This document shows, one piece after another, positions 44,105-54,149 of a stretch of DNA of 64,000 nt. A program made the translations under genes and the position numbers. Numbering within the stretch: position 1 is the stretch's first letter; every line of letters begins with the position of its first letter. The notes under the pieces are model-generated. The model searched no databases. It had not been told where the DNA came from and worked only from the letters and a program-made list of their open reading frames with translations. The DNA is from Gammaproteobacteria bacterium (lineage in GTDB: Bacteria > Pseudomonadota > Gammaproteobacteria > GCA-001735895): contig JBNKUM010000094.1 in NCBI GenBank assembly GCA_050298595.1, positions 32,001 to 96,000 of the forward strand, in the 5' to 3' direction.

Positions 44105-44156
44105 TAGACAAAGTAAGAATGTTACTACATAATTGATGCCTAATATTAGCACATCA
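44105..44156 (+). promoter_or_regulatory. Sigma-70-like promoter with adjacent inverted repeat (candidate ArsR autoregulatory operator)
   Basis: TAGACA-N17-CATAAT (44105-44133), immediately followed by the near-palindrome TGATG-C-CTAATATTAG-CA-CATCA (44134-44156). Confidence 0.5.
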
Positions 44157-44169
44157 TGATAGAGCACTA

Positions 44170-44499
44170 ATGAGACTTGATACTATCTTACCTGGCGATA
44201 ACCCACAGCTTTTAACTCGTGAAGAAGACATTGAAAGAGCGTCACGCTCTCTAAAAGCTATGTCTCATCCCTTGCGATTAAAAATTCTTTGCACATTAGG
44301 CGATCAGGAAGTCAGTGTTCAGGGCATTGTTGAAAATGTTGGGACTTCACAAAGTAATATTTCACAACATCTGGCAATTTTACGCGATAAGGGTATATTA
44401 GCGTCCCGAAAAGATGCGAATCGTGTTTATTACCGAGTGGGTGATGCACGTACATTACGTTTAATAAGTATGATGCAAGACGTTTTCTGTACCTCCTGA
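44170..44499 (+). CDS. ArsR/SmtB-family repressor, BigR/SqrR/YgaV-like with Cys41 and Cys107
   Basis: LKAMSHPLRLKILC, SQSNISQHLAILR, C-terminal VFC; only two Cys, at residues 41 and 107. Confidence 0.9.
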   Translation: MRLDTILPGDNPQLLTREEDIERASRSLKAMSHPLRLKILCTLGDQEVSVQGIVENVGTSQSNISQHLAILRDKGILASRKDANRVYYRVGDARTLRLISMMQDVFCTS

Positions 44500-44503
44500 A
44501 TAT

Positions 44504-44950
44504 ATGCCTGAACAATTAATTGAGTTTTCAACCAATCATTCGATATTGGTTCTGTCCTTTGTTGCCTTATTAGGCCTGATCGTATTTACCGAGTTTCGGC
44601 GTTTCACGCAGAAGTTTTCTAATATTGGTCCTGCTGCTGCCATTGGTATTATCAACCATGAAAATGCCGTTTTACTTGATGTGCGTGAGCAAAGCGAAAC
44701 TAATGAAGGTATGATCGCTGATGCCATTCATATTCCGCTAAGTGTATTCCCCAAACGCGTTAGCGAGATGGATAAGCACAAAGATGCCACTGTCATCGTA
44801 TATTGCCGTAGTGGAAATCGTTCAAGTGGAGCCTGTAGAACGCTAACCCAGCGCGGATTCGAAAAAGTACATAACCTGGCGGGGGGCATAATGGCCTGGC
44901 AGGAGGCTCATTTGCCCGTCCAAAAACAAAAAAACAAGAAAAAGAAATAG
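44504..44950 (+). CDS. Membrane-anchored rhodanese-domain protein (YibN-like)
   Basis: N-terminal TM helix, LDVRE, active-site loop CRSGNRS, LAGGIMAW. Confidence 0.92.
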   Translation: MPEQLIEFSTNHSILVLSFVALLGLIVFTEFRRFTQKFSNIGPAAAIGIINHENAVLLDVREQSETNEGMIADAIHIPLSVFPKRVSEMDKHKDATVIVYCRSGNRSSGACRTLTQRGFEKVHNLAGGIMAWQEAHLPVQKQKNKKKK

Positions 44951-45210
44951 TGATGATGGAAGTGGTTATTTACAGTAGCGCTTTTTGTCCTTACTGTACC
45001 TGGGCCAAAAAAATGCTGGAATCAAAGCAGGTTGATTATAAAGAAATTCGAATTGACCAGGTAGAGGGTGCTCAGCAGGAAATGCTTTCCAGGAGTTCAG
45101 GAATGATGACCGTGCCACAAATTTTTATCGGAGACTTTCATGTCGGTGGATACACTGATATGGTTAAGCTTGATCAGGACGGTAAGCTCGATACTTTGCT
45201 GACGGGTTGA
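44950..45210 (+). CDS. grxC: Glutaredoxin 3
   Basis: CPYC, TVPQIFI, GGYTD. Confidence 0.93.
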   Translation: MMMEVVIYSSAFCPYCTWAKKMLESKQVDYKEIRIDQVEGAQQEMLSRSSGMMTVPQIFIGDFHVGGYTDMVKLDQDGKLDTLLTG

Positions 45211-45286
45211 TAGCCAGTTTACAGAAATCGCCGCTCCTTCTGCGTCACCATAAAACTCGAAAACCTAAACCTAAAGACAATTATCC

Positions 45287-45757
45287 ATGAATGATACAGT
45301 CAAACCAGAAAATCAGTTCTCTATCCAAAAGCTCTATATAAAAGATGTCTCATTCGAGTCACCTTCTGCACCAGAAGTTTTTAGCTTTACCAAGTGGGAG
45401 CCAAAGATTGATTTAAACCTGAATAATACTAGCAAGCAGGTATCTGAGGGTGTGTATGAGGTGGTTTTGAGCGTGACAGCTACCGCCAAACAAGATGATA
45501 AGACGGCATTTCTGGTAGAGGTTCAACAGGCAGGGGTATTTAATGTGGTTGGCTTTAATCCTGACGATACCCGCTATATTCTTAATGCGCAGTGTATGAC
45601 GATTCTTTTCCCTTATGCGCGTGAAGTCATCTCTGATCTGACTAGCCGAGGTGGTTTTCCTCCGTTACTGCTTAATCCTGTTAACTTTGATGCCTTATTT
45701 GCTAATGCGATGCAGCAGCAAAAAGAGGCTCAGACTGAACAAGCGGTTAAACATTAA
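45287..45757 (+). CDS. secB: Protein-export chaperone SecB
   Basis: IQKLYIKDVSFESP, AFLVEVQQAG, LFPYARE, GGFPPL..PVNFDALF. Confidence 0.97.
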   Translation: MNDTVKPENQFSIQKLYIKDVSFESPSAPEVFSFTKWEPKIDLNLNNTSKQVSEGVYEVVLSVTATAKQDDKTAFLVEVQQAGVFNVVGFNPDDTRYILNAQCMTILFPYAREVISDLTSRGGFPPLLLNPVNFDALFANAMQQQKEAQTEQAVKH

Positions 45758-45801
45758 TTTGCCGGGATAATACCTAAATTTTCTACTTCAGGAGTTGAGC
45801 T

Positions 45802-46824
45802 ATGTCCGAGCCTGTAAAGGTTGCTGTGATTGGGGCGGGTTCCTGGGGTACAGCCCTGTCACTCCAGCTTGCCCGCAATGGCCATACCGTCAATTTGTGG
45901 GGACATGAAGCGCAACATATCCAGCGCTTGATTCAGAATAAACAGAATGTTGAGTTTCTTCCTGATATCGAGCTGCCTCCAAATATCCATCCTGTTGCTG
46001 ACTTAAAACAGGCCGTAGCAGGCATACATTATATTCTTCTGGTTATTCCCAGTAAGGCTTACCGTGATTTTTTAAAGCAATTAAAACCATTAATTGCTTC
46101 TGATACGCGCGTGTTCTGGGCAAGTAAAGGCTTTGAGATTGAGACGGGTAAGTTCTTACATGAGTTGGTCATTGAAGAGCTTAATATTGAACATTATGGC
46201 GTTATCTCGGGCCCCACATTTGCCACTGAAGTTGCAAAAGATCTACCTGCCGCTGTAACCTGTGCGGGAAACCACCCTGAATCGACTCAGCAGGTCGCTG
46301 AATTACTACATGGCGGGCATTTTCGCTGTTACACCTCTAGTGATGTGATTGGCGTTGAAGTCGGAGGCGCATTGAAGAATGTCCTCGCAATTGGTGTCGG
46401 CGCGGTCGATGGTTTGGGGTTTGGGGCAAATACTCGAGCCGCTTTGATTACGCGTGGGCTGGCTGAAATTATGCGCTTTGGTGAGCGCATGGGGGCTAAC
46501 CGAGAAACCTTGATGGGCTTATCCGGCCTGGGTGATCTTATTTTAACCAGTACCGATAACCAAAGTCGTAATCGGCGTTTTGGGTTGGCAGTAGGGCAAG
46601 GCATGAGTATTGATCAGGCGATGCAGTCAGTGCATCAAACCGTTGAAGGATATCGTGCCAGCCGAGCTATTTATGAAATTGCTCGGAAGATAGGGGTTAC
46701 TTTACCGATCATGGAGCAGATCTACCTGGTTTTATATCAGGGTAAGTCTCTGGTTGATGCGGTAGCTGATCTTGAAAATCGAGAGCAAAAATCTGAGCTT
46801 GAGTCTCGACACCAGGCTGATTAG
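45802..46824 (+). CDS. gpsA: NAD(P)H-dependent glycerol-3-phosphate dehydrogenase
   Basis: [36 protein letters not shown]. Confidence 0.97.
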   Translation: MSEPVKVAVIGAGSWGTALSLQLARNGHTVNLWGHEAQHIQRLIQNKQNVEFLPDIELPPNIHPVADLKQAVAGIHYILLVIPSKAYRDFLKQLKPLIASDTRVFWASKGFEIETGKFLHELVIEELNIEHYGVISGPTFATEVAKDLPAAVTCAGNHPESTQQVAELLHGGHFRCYTSSDVIGVEVGGALKNVLAIGVGAVDGLGFGANTRAALITRGLAEIMRFGERMGANRETLMGLSGLGDLILTSTDNQSRNRRFGLAVGQGMSIDQAMQSVHQTVEGYRASRAIYEIARKIGVTLPIMEQIYLVLYQGKSLVDAVADLENREQKSELESRHQAD

Positions 46825-47282
46825 CTTCCAGTGAAATTTAATTGTCGCCAGCTTTCATAAACGGCGATAGCTACCGTATTAGATAGATTCAGGCTTCTTG
46901 AATGTTCCAGCATAGGCAGGCGGGCTTTCTGATGAGCTGGTAAATTGTCGAGAATCTGTGAGGGCAAGCCTCGAGTTTCCGGTCCAAATAGTAGAACGTC
47001 GTTTTCCTGATATCTGATCTCGCTATAGTTTTTTTTACCCTTAGTGGTGAAAGCATAGAGGTTATGGAACTCGGTTGATTGTATAAAACCCTCAAACGTT
47101 TCGTGCTGCGAGACTCGCGTCCATTCGTGATAATCAAGACCTGCTCTACGCAATAACTTATCCTCCAGTTCAAACCCAAGAGGCTTGATTAGGTGTAGCT
47201 TATATCCAGTGTTAGCGGCAAGCCGAATAATATTTCCTGTATTGGGTGGAATTTCAGGTTCATAGAGTACGATATGTAGCAT
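46821..47282 (-). CDS. trmL: tRNA (cytidine/uridine-2'-O)-methyltransferase TrmL
   Basis: [35 protein letters not shown]. Confidence 0.97.
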   Translation of the reverse strand: MLHIVLYEPEIPPNTGNIIRLAANTGYKLHLIKPLGFELEDKLLRRAGLDYHEWTRVSQHETFEGFIQSTEFHNLYAFTTKGKKNYSEIRYQENDVLLFGPETRGLPSQILDNLPAHQKARLPMLEHSRSLNLSNTVAIAVYESWRQLNFTGS

Positions 47283-47594
47283 ATTAAGATAATTATTGAA
47301 TTAGCCTTGAAATATAATATATAAAGCCTAAAATTTATAGCAATGACAATAAGTTATACAACATATTTTAAGCGATCTCTAGAATAATATTTGATTGGCT
47401 CTGCAACCTGTATTCTGCGTCCCACTCCATAAGAGAAATATAAATTCATCATTCCTGATTTAAATGATTAGGGTCAACAAGTTTATGTGCGTGAAGTGAT
47501 ATAACTTTTTGATTTAATACAATTAAGAGTAAGTTTTAAATTGCCCGAATCGAAAATATGGTTCGGTTAAAGTGATAAACCACGAGAAGAGTAA

Positions 47595-48509
47595 ATGTTG
47601 GGATTGTTTTCATCAAAACCCAAAGGTTCTCAGGTTGGTGTAGATTTTACCCCAACTGGGGTAGCTGCTGTCGAAGTGATTACAAAGAGGAAAAATCCTG
47701 GCGCTGTCAGGCATAATGCATTTCTGCCAGCTGTTGGTGTGAAAGAGCAAACTAGAGCGCTTAAGCAATGGGTTGAGCAGAATGGGCTTAAAAGTGTGCC
47801 CTGTGTTAGCCTGATTGCAAAGCACGATGTTCAGGTTTTCCAGCTGGAAAAACCAGCGGTTGAAGATAGCGAGTTAATGCAGGCCGTCGGTTGGAAAATT
47901 AAAGACTTGATCAATTACGACGTCACCACTGCGGTCGTCGATGTTTTCGAAATGCCCCAGTCACCTAAAAGCCCTGCCAGCTATATTAATGCTGTAGTTG
48001 CCAATGAGGCCGTTGTGGGGGCTTATGTCGACATTGTCAGGCAATCAGGCCTTGAATTAATGGCGATAGATATTCATGATCTGGTAGCGCGCAACTACCG
48101 CTTACTACATGACGACTCGGGTCAGACCGAGGCGCTGTTACAGTTTTCGGATAATCATGGTTTGATTACGATTTACAATAAAGATGATCTGTATGTTGCC
48201 CGAGATTTCAAAATTGGATTGCTGGATATTGAAGGCGCTGACGATACTGAATCTCTTTACGATAATCTATTGCTGGAGTTGCAGCGTTCTATGGATTATT
48301 TTGAAGCAACTTATGGCCTCTCAGCAGTACAGCGGATGGTTGTATTTCCTCAAATTGCTGCGGTCGAAAAAATGGCCAAATATCTGCAAAACTATCTGGC
48401 ATATGAGCTGGACTTTACACAAATTAAAGATGAGCAAGATGCTGAGTTGATGCTTGATTCTCATTGCTTTGCTGCTTATTGCGCCGCCTTACGTGGGGTG
48501 GCTAAATGA
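47595..48509 (+). CDS. mshI: MSHA biogenesis protein MshI, PilM-like part
   Basis: VFQLEKPAV..ELMQAVGWKIKDLI, DNLLLELQRSMDYFE; first gene of the msh cluster. Confidence 0.8.
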   Translation: MLGLFSSKPKGSQVGVDFTPTGVAAVEVITKRKNPGAVRHNAFLPAVGVKEQTRALKQWVEQNGLKSVPCVSLIAKHDVQVFQLEKPAVEDSELMQAVGWKIKDLINYDVTTAVVDVFEMPQSPKSPASYINAVVANEAVVGAYVDIVRQSGLELMAIDIHDLVARNYRLLHDDSGQTEALLQFSDNHGLITIYNKDDLYVARDFKIGLLDIEGADDTESLYDNLLLELQRSMDYFEATYGLSAVQRMVVFPQIAAVEKMAKYLQNYLAYELDFTQIKDEQDAELMLDSHCFAAYCAALRGVAK

Positions 48510-49108
48510 TCATTCAGGAAATTAATCTTTATCAGGATCGCTTTAAGGAAAAGAAACTTCTGTTGTCAGCACAGCATAGCCTTATTCTTTTTGCAGTAGT
48601 GATTTTAGTGTTGATGGTGTCTAGTTATTTTTATGCAGGTATGACTGAGCAGGAGCAATTACGTCTTGATCAAAATACGCGACAGAAAATTCAGTCTAAC
48701 CAACGTCTGGAAGAGCTGAAAAAACAGTTGCAGAAACTGCTGGCAAATGACCAGTTTGATAAGAAAATTACGCAGGTATCTAAAGATATTAAGGTGCGTA
48801 AACGTATGATTGATTTTGTGGACAATAATCAATTTGGTTCAGGTGAAGGCTTTTCTGAAGAGTTAGGCGTTCTGGCCGAGTTGCCGAGCAAAAATCTCTG
48901 GTTAAATCAGATATCACTGGCTAGTAACTACATTAAGCTCTCAGGTAGCGCATTAAATGCCCAAAGTGTGCCAGAGTACTTTAATCAGTTTCAATCCAGA
49001 GATTTATTTGAGGGGCATGTTTTTGATGTGTTTGAATTGGGCAGGGAAGCACAGCGAGACTGGAAAGTTGATTTTGTGATCGCGAGCAGGGTGGTAAGCG
49101 ATGAGTAA
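48506..49108 (+). CDS. MSHA biogenesis PilN-like protein (second MshI part)
   Basis: QEINLY (PilN-type N-terminus), TM helix, coiled coil, LWLNQI..LSGSAL..VP.Y. Confidence 0.78.
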   Translation: MIIQEINLYQDRFKEKKLLLSAQHSLILFAVVILVLMVSSYFYAGMTEQEQLRLDQNTRQKIQSNQRLEELKKQLQKLLANDQFDKKITQVSKDIKVRKRMIDFVDNNQFGSGEGFSEELGVLAELPSKNLWLNQISLASNYIKLSGSALNAQSVPEYFNQFQSRDLFEGHVFDVFELGREAQRDWKVDFVIASRVVSDE

Positions 49109-49766
49109 TCAGTACCAGCAATATGCGCAAAAGTTTGATGGCCTGTCGGTACGTGAGAGATCTTTAGTTGCTATAACCGCGCTGGCTATCGTTATTTATC
49201 TGTGGTGGTATTTTTATGCGATGCAGGAACTGGAAAAAAGAAAAGAGCTTGCGCAACAAAATACAGCCCTGGAAACTGAGATTCAAATGCTAGATACAAC
49301 TAGCTCACAAATTGCTTTACGTATTAAAGAAGGTGTTAATAAGTCAAAGCAACAACAGCTGGATTTGCTACAGTCTGAATTAGACCGTGTTAAAGCCCAG
49401 TTGCAGCAGAAAACTCTGGAGTTAATCGAACCCGAAGATATGTTCCAGTTGATGCAGCAAATGATCTTCAGCGAGTCGAAGCTTAAGCTTACCGGCTTAA
49501 AACGTAAGCTGGTACGTCCAGCGTTTGAGCCAGATCCGCAGGATGAGCAGAAGGATGAGCAGCAGCCTGAAATATACCGGCACGTGATGCTGGTAAGTTT
49601 TCAGGGGGGCTACCAGAATATTTTGAAATACATTCAAAGTCTTGAATCACTGGAGTGGAAATTGATCTGGGATAAAATCTCTCTAGAGCTGGATGAATAT
49701 CCAAACATTAATGTAGAGATTGAAATCTCGACTTTAAGCGACAGTCAGCATTGGGTGGGGTTGTGA
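49101..49766 (+). CDS. mshJ: MSHA biogenesis protein MshJ (PilO/GspM-like)
   Basis: LSVRER, TM helix, LI.P..M, IYRH..GGY..LE.L.W..WD, ISTLS..W.GL. Confidence 0.85.
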   Translation: MSNQYQQYAQKFDGLSVRERSLVAITALAIVIYLWWYFYAMQELEKRKELAQQNTALETEIQMLDTTSSQIALRIKEGVNKSKQQQLDLLQSELDRVKAQLQQKTLELIEPEDMFQLMQQMIFSESKLKLTGLKRKLVRPAFEPDPQDEQKDEQQPEIYRHVMLVSFQGGYQNILKYIQSLESLEWKLIWDKISLELDEYPNINVEIEISTLSDSQHWVGL

Positions 49767-50155
49767 TAAGGCTCGTACTATTTTTTTCTGGATTGTTATT
49801 TACTTTTCAGTTGATGGCTACAGAATTCCATGACCCCATGAAGCCCCCTGAATTTGCCTTGAATAAATTCAGGATTGAAAAATTAAAAAAGAACCAGACA
49901 GCTTCACAAGCTGTTGTAAAGGAGGAAAAAAAGGATCCCTGGGTATTAAATTCAATCCTTTATTCCAGCAATCGGCAGCACGCAATAATTAACAACAAGC
50001 TGGTAAGAAAGGGTGAGGTGATTGGTGGTGCAAAACTGGTCAGCCTTAAACCGGATAGTGTGCGATTAATTTCCAGAGGAAAGGTGGTTATTTTAAAACT
50101 ACCCAGTGCCAATCAGTCAATTAAAAACCTCCTAACGAGAAGAAGTTATGATTAA
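49763..50155 (+). CDS. mshK: MSHA biogenesis protein MshK
   Basis: Signal peptide, DPMKPP, LNSILYS..AIINN..G..I.GA; GTG start overlapping the mshJ stop (GTGA). Confidence 0.8.
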   Translation: MIRLVLFFSGLLFTFQLMATEFHDPMKPPEFALNKFRIEKLKKNQTASQAVVKEEKKDPWVLNSILYSSNRQHAIINNKLVRKGEVIGGAKLVSLKPDSVRLISRGKVVILKLPSANQSIKNLLTRRSYD

Positions 50156-51857
50156 ACTAAGGGCTCTACTTATATCATCTTTATTTTTTCTGGTTTCCTG
50201 CGCAAGTCAGACGACGTTGGAACGAAGCCAGCAAACTAAAGATGATATCCAGTCTCATCTGCAACAGGCAAGTGATGAGGTGGTTGCAGAGCCGATAGAA
50301 ACTCCACCCGAAATTATGAATGATCTGATGCCACAAACCGGTATTCTGGTACCGGGCTTGCGTACTGAAGTGAAACAGGAACCACGTTTCGATATCTCGG
50401 TGGCAAACGCCCCTGCAGATGTGTTTTTTATGAGCCTGGTTGCAGATACCGATATTAATATGGTTGTGCATCCCAGTGTATCTGGAAACATCAGTCTGGA
50501 TTTGAAAAAAGTCAGTGTGGATGAGGTGATGAAACTGTCACGAGAGGTATTTGGCTATGAATATCGGAAAACAGATAATGGATATATCGTTTTACCCGCA
50601 CGTATTCAGTCAAAAATTTTCCAGGTCAATTATCTCAACATAAGCCGTGATGGTGAGTCGAGTATGACCGTAAGTTCGGGACAGATTGCTAGTTCAAACA
50701 ATAATAGCTCAAGTGATACTAACAACGATAATAACTCGTCATCGCAAAACACTACCGAAACTTTGCGATCCAGTAGTATCACAACCACCAGCAAGGCTAA
50801 TTTCTGGTCAACACTTGCAGCGACTATTCAGGCCATAGTTGGACAGGGAGCCGGACGTTCGGTAGTTGTTGATCAGCATGCAGGACTGGTTATAGTTCGA
50901 GGTATGCCAGGGGAATTACGCGATGTAGAAGCATATTTGACTAGTGCGCAGGAAAACCTTCAGCGGCAGGTCATACTCGAAGCAAAAATCATTGAAGTTA
51001 AATTAAATGATAGTTATCAATCGGGCATCGACTGGGCGGGATTGATGAGCAAGTCTGGAGATAGTGCCGCTGCTGGTATTACAGGATTTCAAAATGGCAG
51101 CGCGACCTTATATAATTCGAATGGAGTATTCGATGCAAGCCAGGCCCTGACATCGTCTGATAACTCGTCCTTTTCAAATATGTTTGCAATTGGTGCCGGT
51201 TCAGATGACTTTGCGGCATTACTCAGATTGCTCAGCACTCAGGGAGAGGTGCAGGTGTTGTCTAGCCCAAGAATCTCAACAGTGAATAATCAAAAAGCTG
51301 TCATCAAGGTAGGCTCAGACGAATTCTTTGTTACCGAAGTCTCTTCGACAACAACCTCAGGGTCAACTTCAACTTTAACCACTCCCAGCGTAACTCTAAC
51401 ACCTTTTTTTTCGGGTATCGCTCTTGATGTGACGCCTCAGATAAGCAACGAGGATCAGGTGATTCTGCATATTCATCCGAGTGTTAGTGAAGTCAATGAT
51501 CAGACAAAGAATATAACTATTGGTGGTCAAAGCCAGCAGCTACCCCTGGCGCTAAGTACAGTGCGTGAGTCAGATTCGGTGGTTAAAGCAATGAGCGGGC
51601 AGGTGGTCGTGATCGGAGGACTTATGCAAAATAGTACCTCTAACGACGATGCAGGCGTACCAGGTGTCAGCGAGGTTCCTTTTCTGGGAAACTTTTTTGG
51701 ACAGAAGCGTAAGGTTAATTCGCGCAGTGAGCTGGTTATACTGCTCAAGCCCATGGTCGTGAATAGCAATAAGACCTGGGCCAGTTATATCCGTCAGACC
51801 CAACAGCGCATACTACAGTTGCAAAAGGCTGAATCACAAAAGCCAGAAGGTGAGTAA
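50148..51857 (+). CDS. mshL: MSHA pilus secretin MshL (lipoprotein)
   Basis: Lipobox LVSC, FFMSLV..NMVVHP.VSG, Ser/Asn-rich linker, QVILEAKIIEV, LSSPR..NNQKAVIKVG, PFFSGIALDVTPQI, SELVILLKP. Confidence 0.93.
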   Translation: MIKLRALLISSLFFLVSCASQTTLERSQQTKDDIQSHLQQASDEVVAEPIETPPEIMNDLMPQTGILVPGLRTEVKQEPRFDISVANAPADVFFMSLVADTDINMVVHPSVSGNISLDLKKVSVDEVMKLSREVFGYEYRKTDNGYIVLPARIQSKIFQVNYLNISRDGESSMTVSSGQIASSNNNSSSDTNNDNNSSSQNTTETLRSSSITTTSKANFWSTLAATIQAIVGQGAGRSVVVDQHAGLVIVRGMPGELRDVEAYLTSAQENLQRQVILEAKIIEVKLNDSYQSGIDWAGLMSKSGDSAAAGITGFQNGSATLYNSNGVFDASQALTSSDNSSFSNMFAIGAGSDDFAALLRLLSTQGEVQVLSSPRISTVNNQKAVIKVGSDEFFVTEVSSTTTSGSTSTLTTPSVTLTPFFSGIALDVTPQISNEDQVILHIHPSVSEVNDQTKNITIGGQSQQLPLALSTVRESDSVVKAMSGQVVVIGGLMQNSTSNDDAGVPGVSEVPFLGNFFGQKRKVNSRSELVILLKPMVVNSNKTWASYIRQTQQRILQLQKAESQKPEGE

Positions 51858-52756
51858 TGTATGAACAATATTATGGCCTGTTGGAAAAACCCTTTGATCT
51901 TACACCTGATACTGATTTTTATTGTCAGACGTTAACCCATCAGGATGCGTTAAATACGCTACTGGTGGCCATAAAAAATGGCGATGGATTTATTAAATTA
52001 ACCGGTGAGGTTGGTACAGGAAAAACCCTGCTCTGCCGTAAGCTATTGAATCTGCTGGATGATGGCTTTGACACCGTTTATATTCCTAATCCCTATATGA
52101 GCTGTGATGCCCTGCTTAGAGGCGTTGCAGAGGAAATGAATCTGCTAGAAGAAGTTAAGGATAATAATTATCTTTCCGCCATCAATAAAAGATTAATTCA
52201 GAATGCTCAGGCAGGTCGTAAAACGGTGATATTGTTAGATGAGGCGCAATCTTTACCGGTTGAAAGTCTGGAAGCTATCCGTCTGCTAAGTAACCTGGAG
52301 ACAGAGAAAAGCAAGCTGGTACAGATCGTATTATTCGGGCAACCAGAGCTAAACAAAAAGCTTATGGATAATACTATTCGCCAGCTACAGCAACGAATTG
52401 TACATGCCTGTGAATTATCCACCTTGAGTAGAGATGTGCTGAAAATTTATGTCTGCCACCGATTAAAATCAGCGGGATATAACGGACCGGGATTATTTGA
52501 TAAAAGCGCATTAAAATTACTGTATAAAAAATCACGAGGAGTACCTCGCCTGATTAATTTGCTGTGTAATAAAGCTTTGATGCTTGCATACTCAAGCGGT
52601 AGTTTTTATGTCAATGCAAAGCATGTCAAACAGGCAGCGCAAGATAGTCAGCAGACTAAGGCAGCCAGGTTAGGCATGGCAGGTGTGGTGCGACAACTAA
52701 CGTTTGTTTTTACAATGGCAATGCTATTGCAACAGATTGCTCAGGGAATACTATGA
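51857..52756 (+). CDS. mshM: ExeA-family AAA ATPase MshM
   Basis: MY..YYGL.EKPF.LTPD, GEVGTGKT, LDEAQ, LFGQPEL, GVPRLIN. Confidence 0.88.
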   Translation: MYEQYYGLLEKPFDLTPDTDFYCQTLTHQDALNTLLVAIKNGDGFIKLTGEVGTGKTLLCRKLLNLLDDGFDTVYIPNPYMSCDALLRGVAEEMNLLEEVKDNNYLSAINKRLIQNAQAGRKTVILLDEAQSLPVESLEAIRLLSNLETEKSKLVQIVLFGQPELNKKLMDNTIRQLQQRIVHACELSTLSRDVLKIYVCHRLKSAGYNGPGLFDKSALKLLYKKSRGVPRLINLLCNKALMLAYSSGSFYVNAKHVKQAAQDSQQTKAARLGMAGVVRQLTFVFTMAMLLQQIAQGIL

Positions 52757-54126
52757 GTGTAATCAATAGCGTACTCAGGGATCTGGATCAAAAACCTACA
52801 GCGTTTACGCCCCTTGAGCTGGAAACGATTGCAGCGCTAAAAAATAAGGATAAACATTCAAGGTTGTACTGGGCAATACTGCCTGTCACTGTGATCCTTG
52901 TTGCAGTTATCTACTGGGTTGGATATTACGATACAGCGAAATCTAAACAGGGCGCTCAAAAGGTCGAAGTATTATCAAATGAAATTGATCAGGCAAAACA
53001 AATCCGGCAGTCTGAGTCACCGCAGCTAGCGGATAGCGTTATGCTTATCCAGCCAGTGCCCCCTGCTAATAACCCTGAACCAAATAAGATGAGTGGGTTG
53101 CAGATAAAAGAAAATGAAGACTTCATGGAGTTAGCGTTTCAGTTAACCAGGTTCACCCCCAGTTTTCTTAAACAGCGTTCTAATAATCGCTATGTGTTTG
53201 TGATTAAAAAGGTGGCTAATTCTATTGTGACACCGCAAATCAGTGACAACCCCTGGCTTAAGCAGATACGGATTTCAACTCTGGACGAAGATATTGAAAT
53301 TCGTTTCGACACTCAGCAGGGCGTACTTGTGGATACTCAGGATCGACATGAAGACAGTGCTTATTATTGGTTAATCAGGCTGAAAAAAACTTTAGAGGTC
53401 GAGCAAGCTGCCACCGTTAAAGAAAATGACTCAAGTGCAGCAGTAAACTCAGTGATAAATGCCTCATCAGCAGTGTCTACGGATTATGCAATAAAAAATA
53501 TTCAGCAAACAGAGCAAAAACAGGAATTGACTGTAGCACCAGTAAAATTACAGATCAGACCGGTTCAGAATAAAAACACGGGTAAAATGAAATTAAATGC
53601 AGCTATTCAGGCTGCAAAGTCGGGTGATATAACTCAGGCAAAGAAATTGCTAGAGCTGCTGTTAGATGGTGAGTTTGATCGCCAGGCAAGAACTCAGCTG
53701 TTGAGCCTGTTAAGTAGGCAGAGTGACTCCCGGAATTTTAACGAATTGCTGAAAGTATCGCTGAAAAAATACCCGCAAGATGAGGTTTATTTATTGTATG
53801 AAGCAAATCGCTTATTTGCTGAGAAGCAATATCTGGCTCTCATCGATAAATTCAAAACTTTTACTGAGAATGGTCAGTTACTTAGTCTGTTAGCTACAAG
53901 TTATCAGAGGACAGATCAGCATCAGTTAGCAGCAGAGCATTTTATCGCTGCATTAAAGATCAATCCCCAGCAACCAAAATTGTGGATTAGTCTAGCGATA
54001 TCGCAACAGAATTTAACTCAGCGAGAACAGGCATTGAACTCGTATCAAATGGCTTTGCGTAGTGGTTCTATGAACCAGCGCCTGCATGATTTTGTGCAAT
54101 CTAAAATTAAACAGTTAGCGAACTAA
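52753..54126 (+). CDS. mshN: MSHA biogenesis protein MshN (TM helix, possible AMIN-like domain, C-terminal TPRs)
   Basis: MSVINSVLRDLD N-terminus, TM helix, TPR C-terminus (..PKLWISLAIS..); position between mshM and mshE. Confidence 0.8.
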   Translation: MSVINSVLRDLDQKPTAFTPLELETIAALKNKDKHSRLYWAILPVTVILVAVIYWVGYYDTAKSKQGAQKVEVLSNEIDQAKQIRQSESPQLADSVMLIQPVPPANNPEPNKMSGLQIKENEDFMELAFQLTRFTPSFLKQRSNNRYVFVIKKVANSIVTPQISDNPWLKQIRISTLDEDIEIRFDTQQGVLVDTQDRHEDSAYYWLIRLKKTLEVEQAATVKENDSSAAVNSVINASSAVSTDYAIKNIQQTEQKQELTVAPVKLQIRPVQNKNTGKMKLNAAIQAAKSGDITQAKKLLELLLDGEFDRQARTQLLSLLSRQSDSRNFNELLKVSLKKYPQDEVYLLYEANRLFAEKQYLALIDKFKTFTENGQLLSLLATSYQRTDQHQLAAEHFIAALKINPQQPKLWISLAISQQNLTQREQALNSYQMALRSGSMNQRLHDFVQSKIKQLAN

Positions 54127-54149
54127 AGAGCTGAGGATAACCGACGCAT

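Noticed and set aside
47416-47427. Minus-strand GAGTGGGACGCA, matching the recalled core of the c-di-GMP-I (GEMM) riboswitch, upstream of the msh operon
   Set aside because: The upstream GGCAAAC and GAAA-tetraloop stem and the downstream P3 stem are absent, and the motif points toward trmL rather than msh. Likely chance; an Infernal search would settle it.
50690-50790. Low-complexity AAC/AAT/TCA-rich tract in mshL as a possible tandem repeat or contingency locus
   Set aside because: It encodes the Ser/Asn/Thr-rich linker typical of MshL secretins and has no perfect nucleotide repeat unit.
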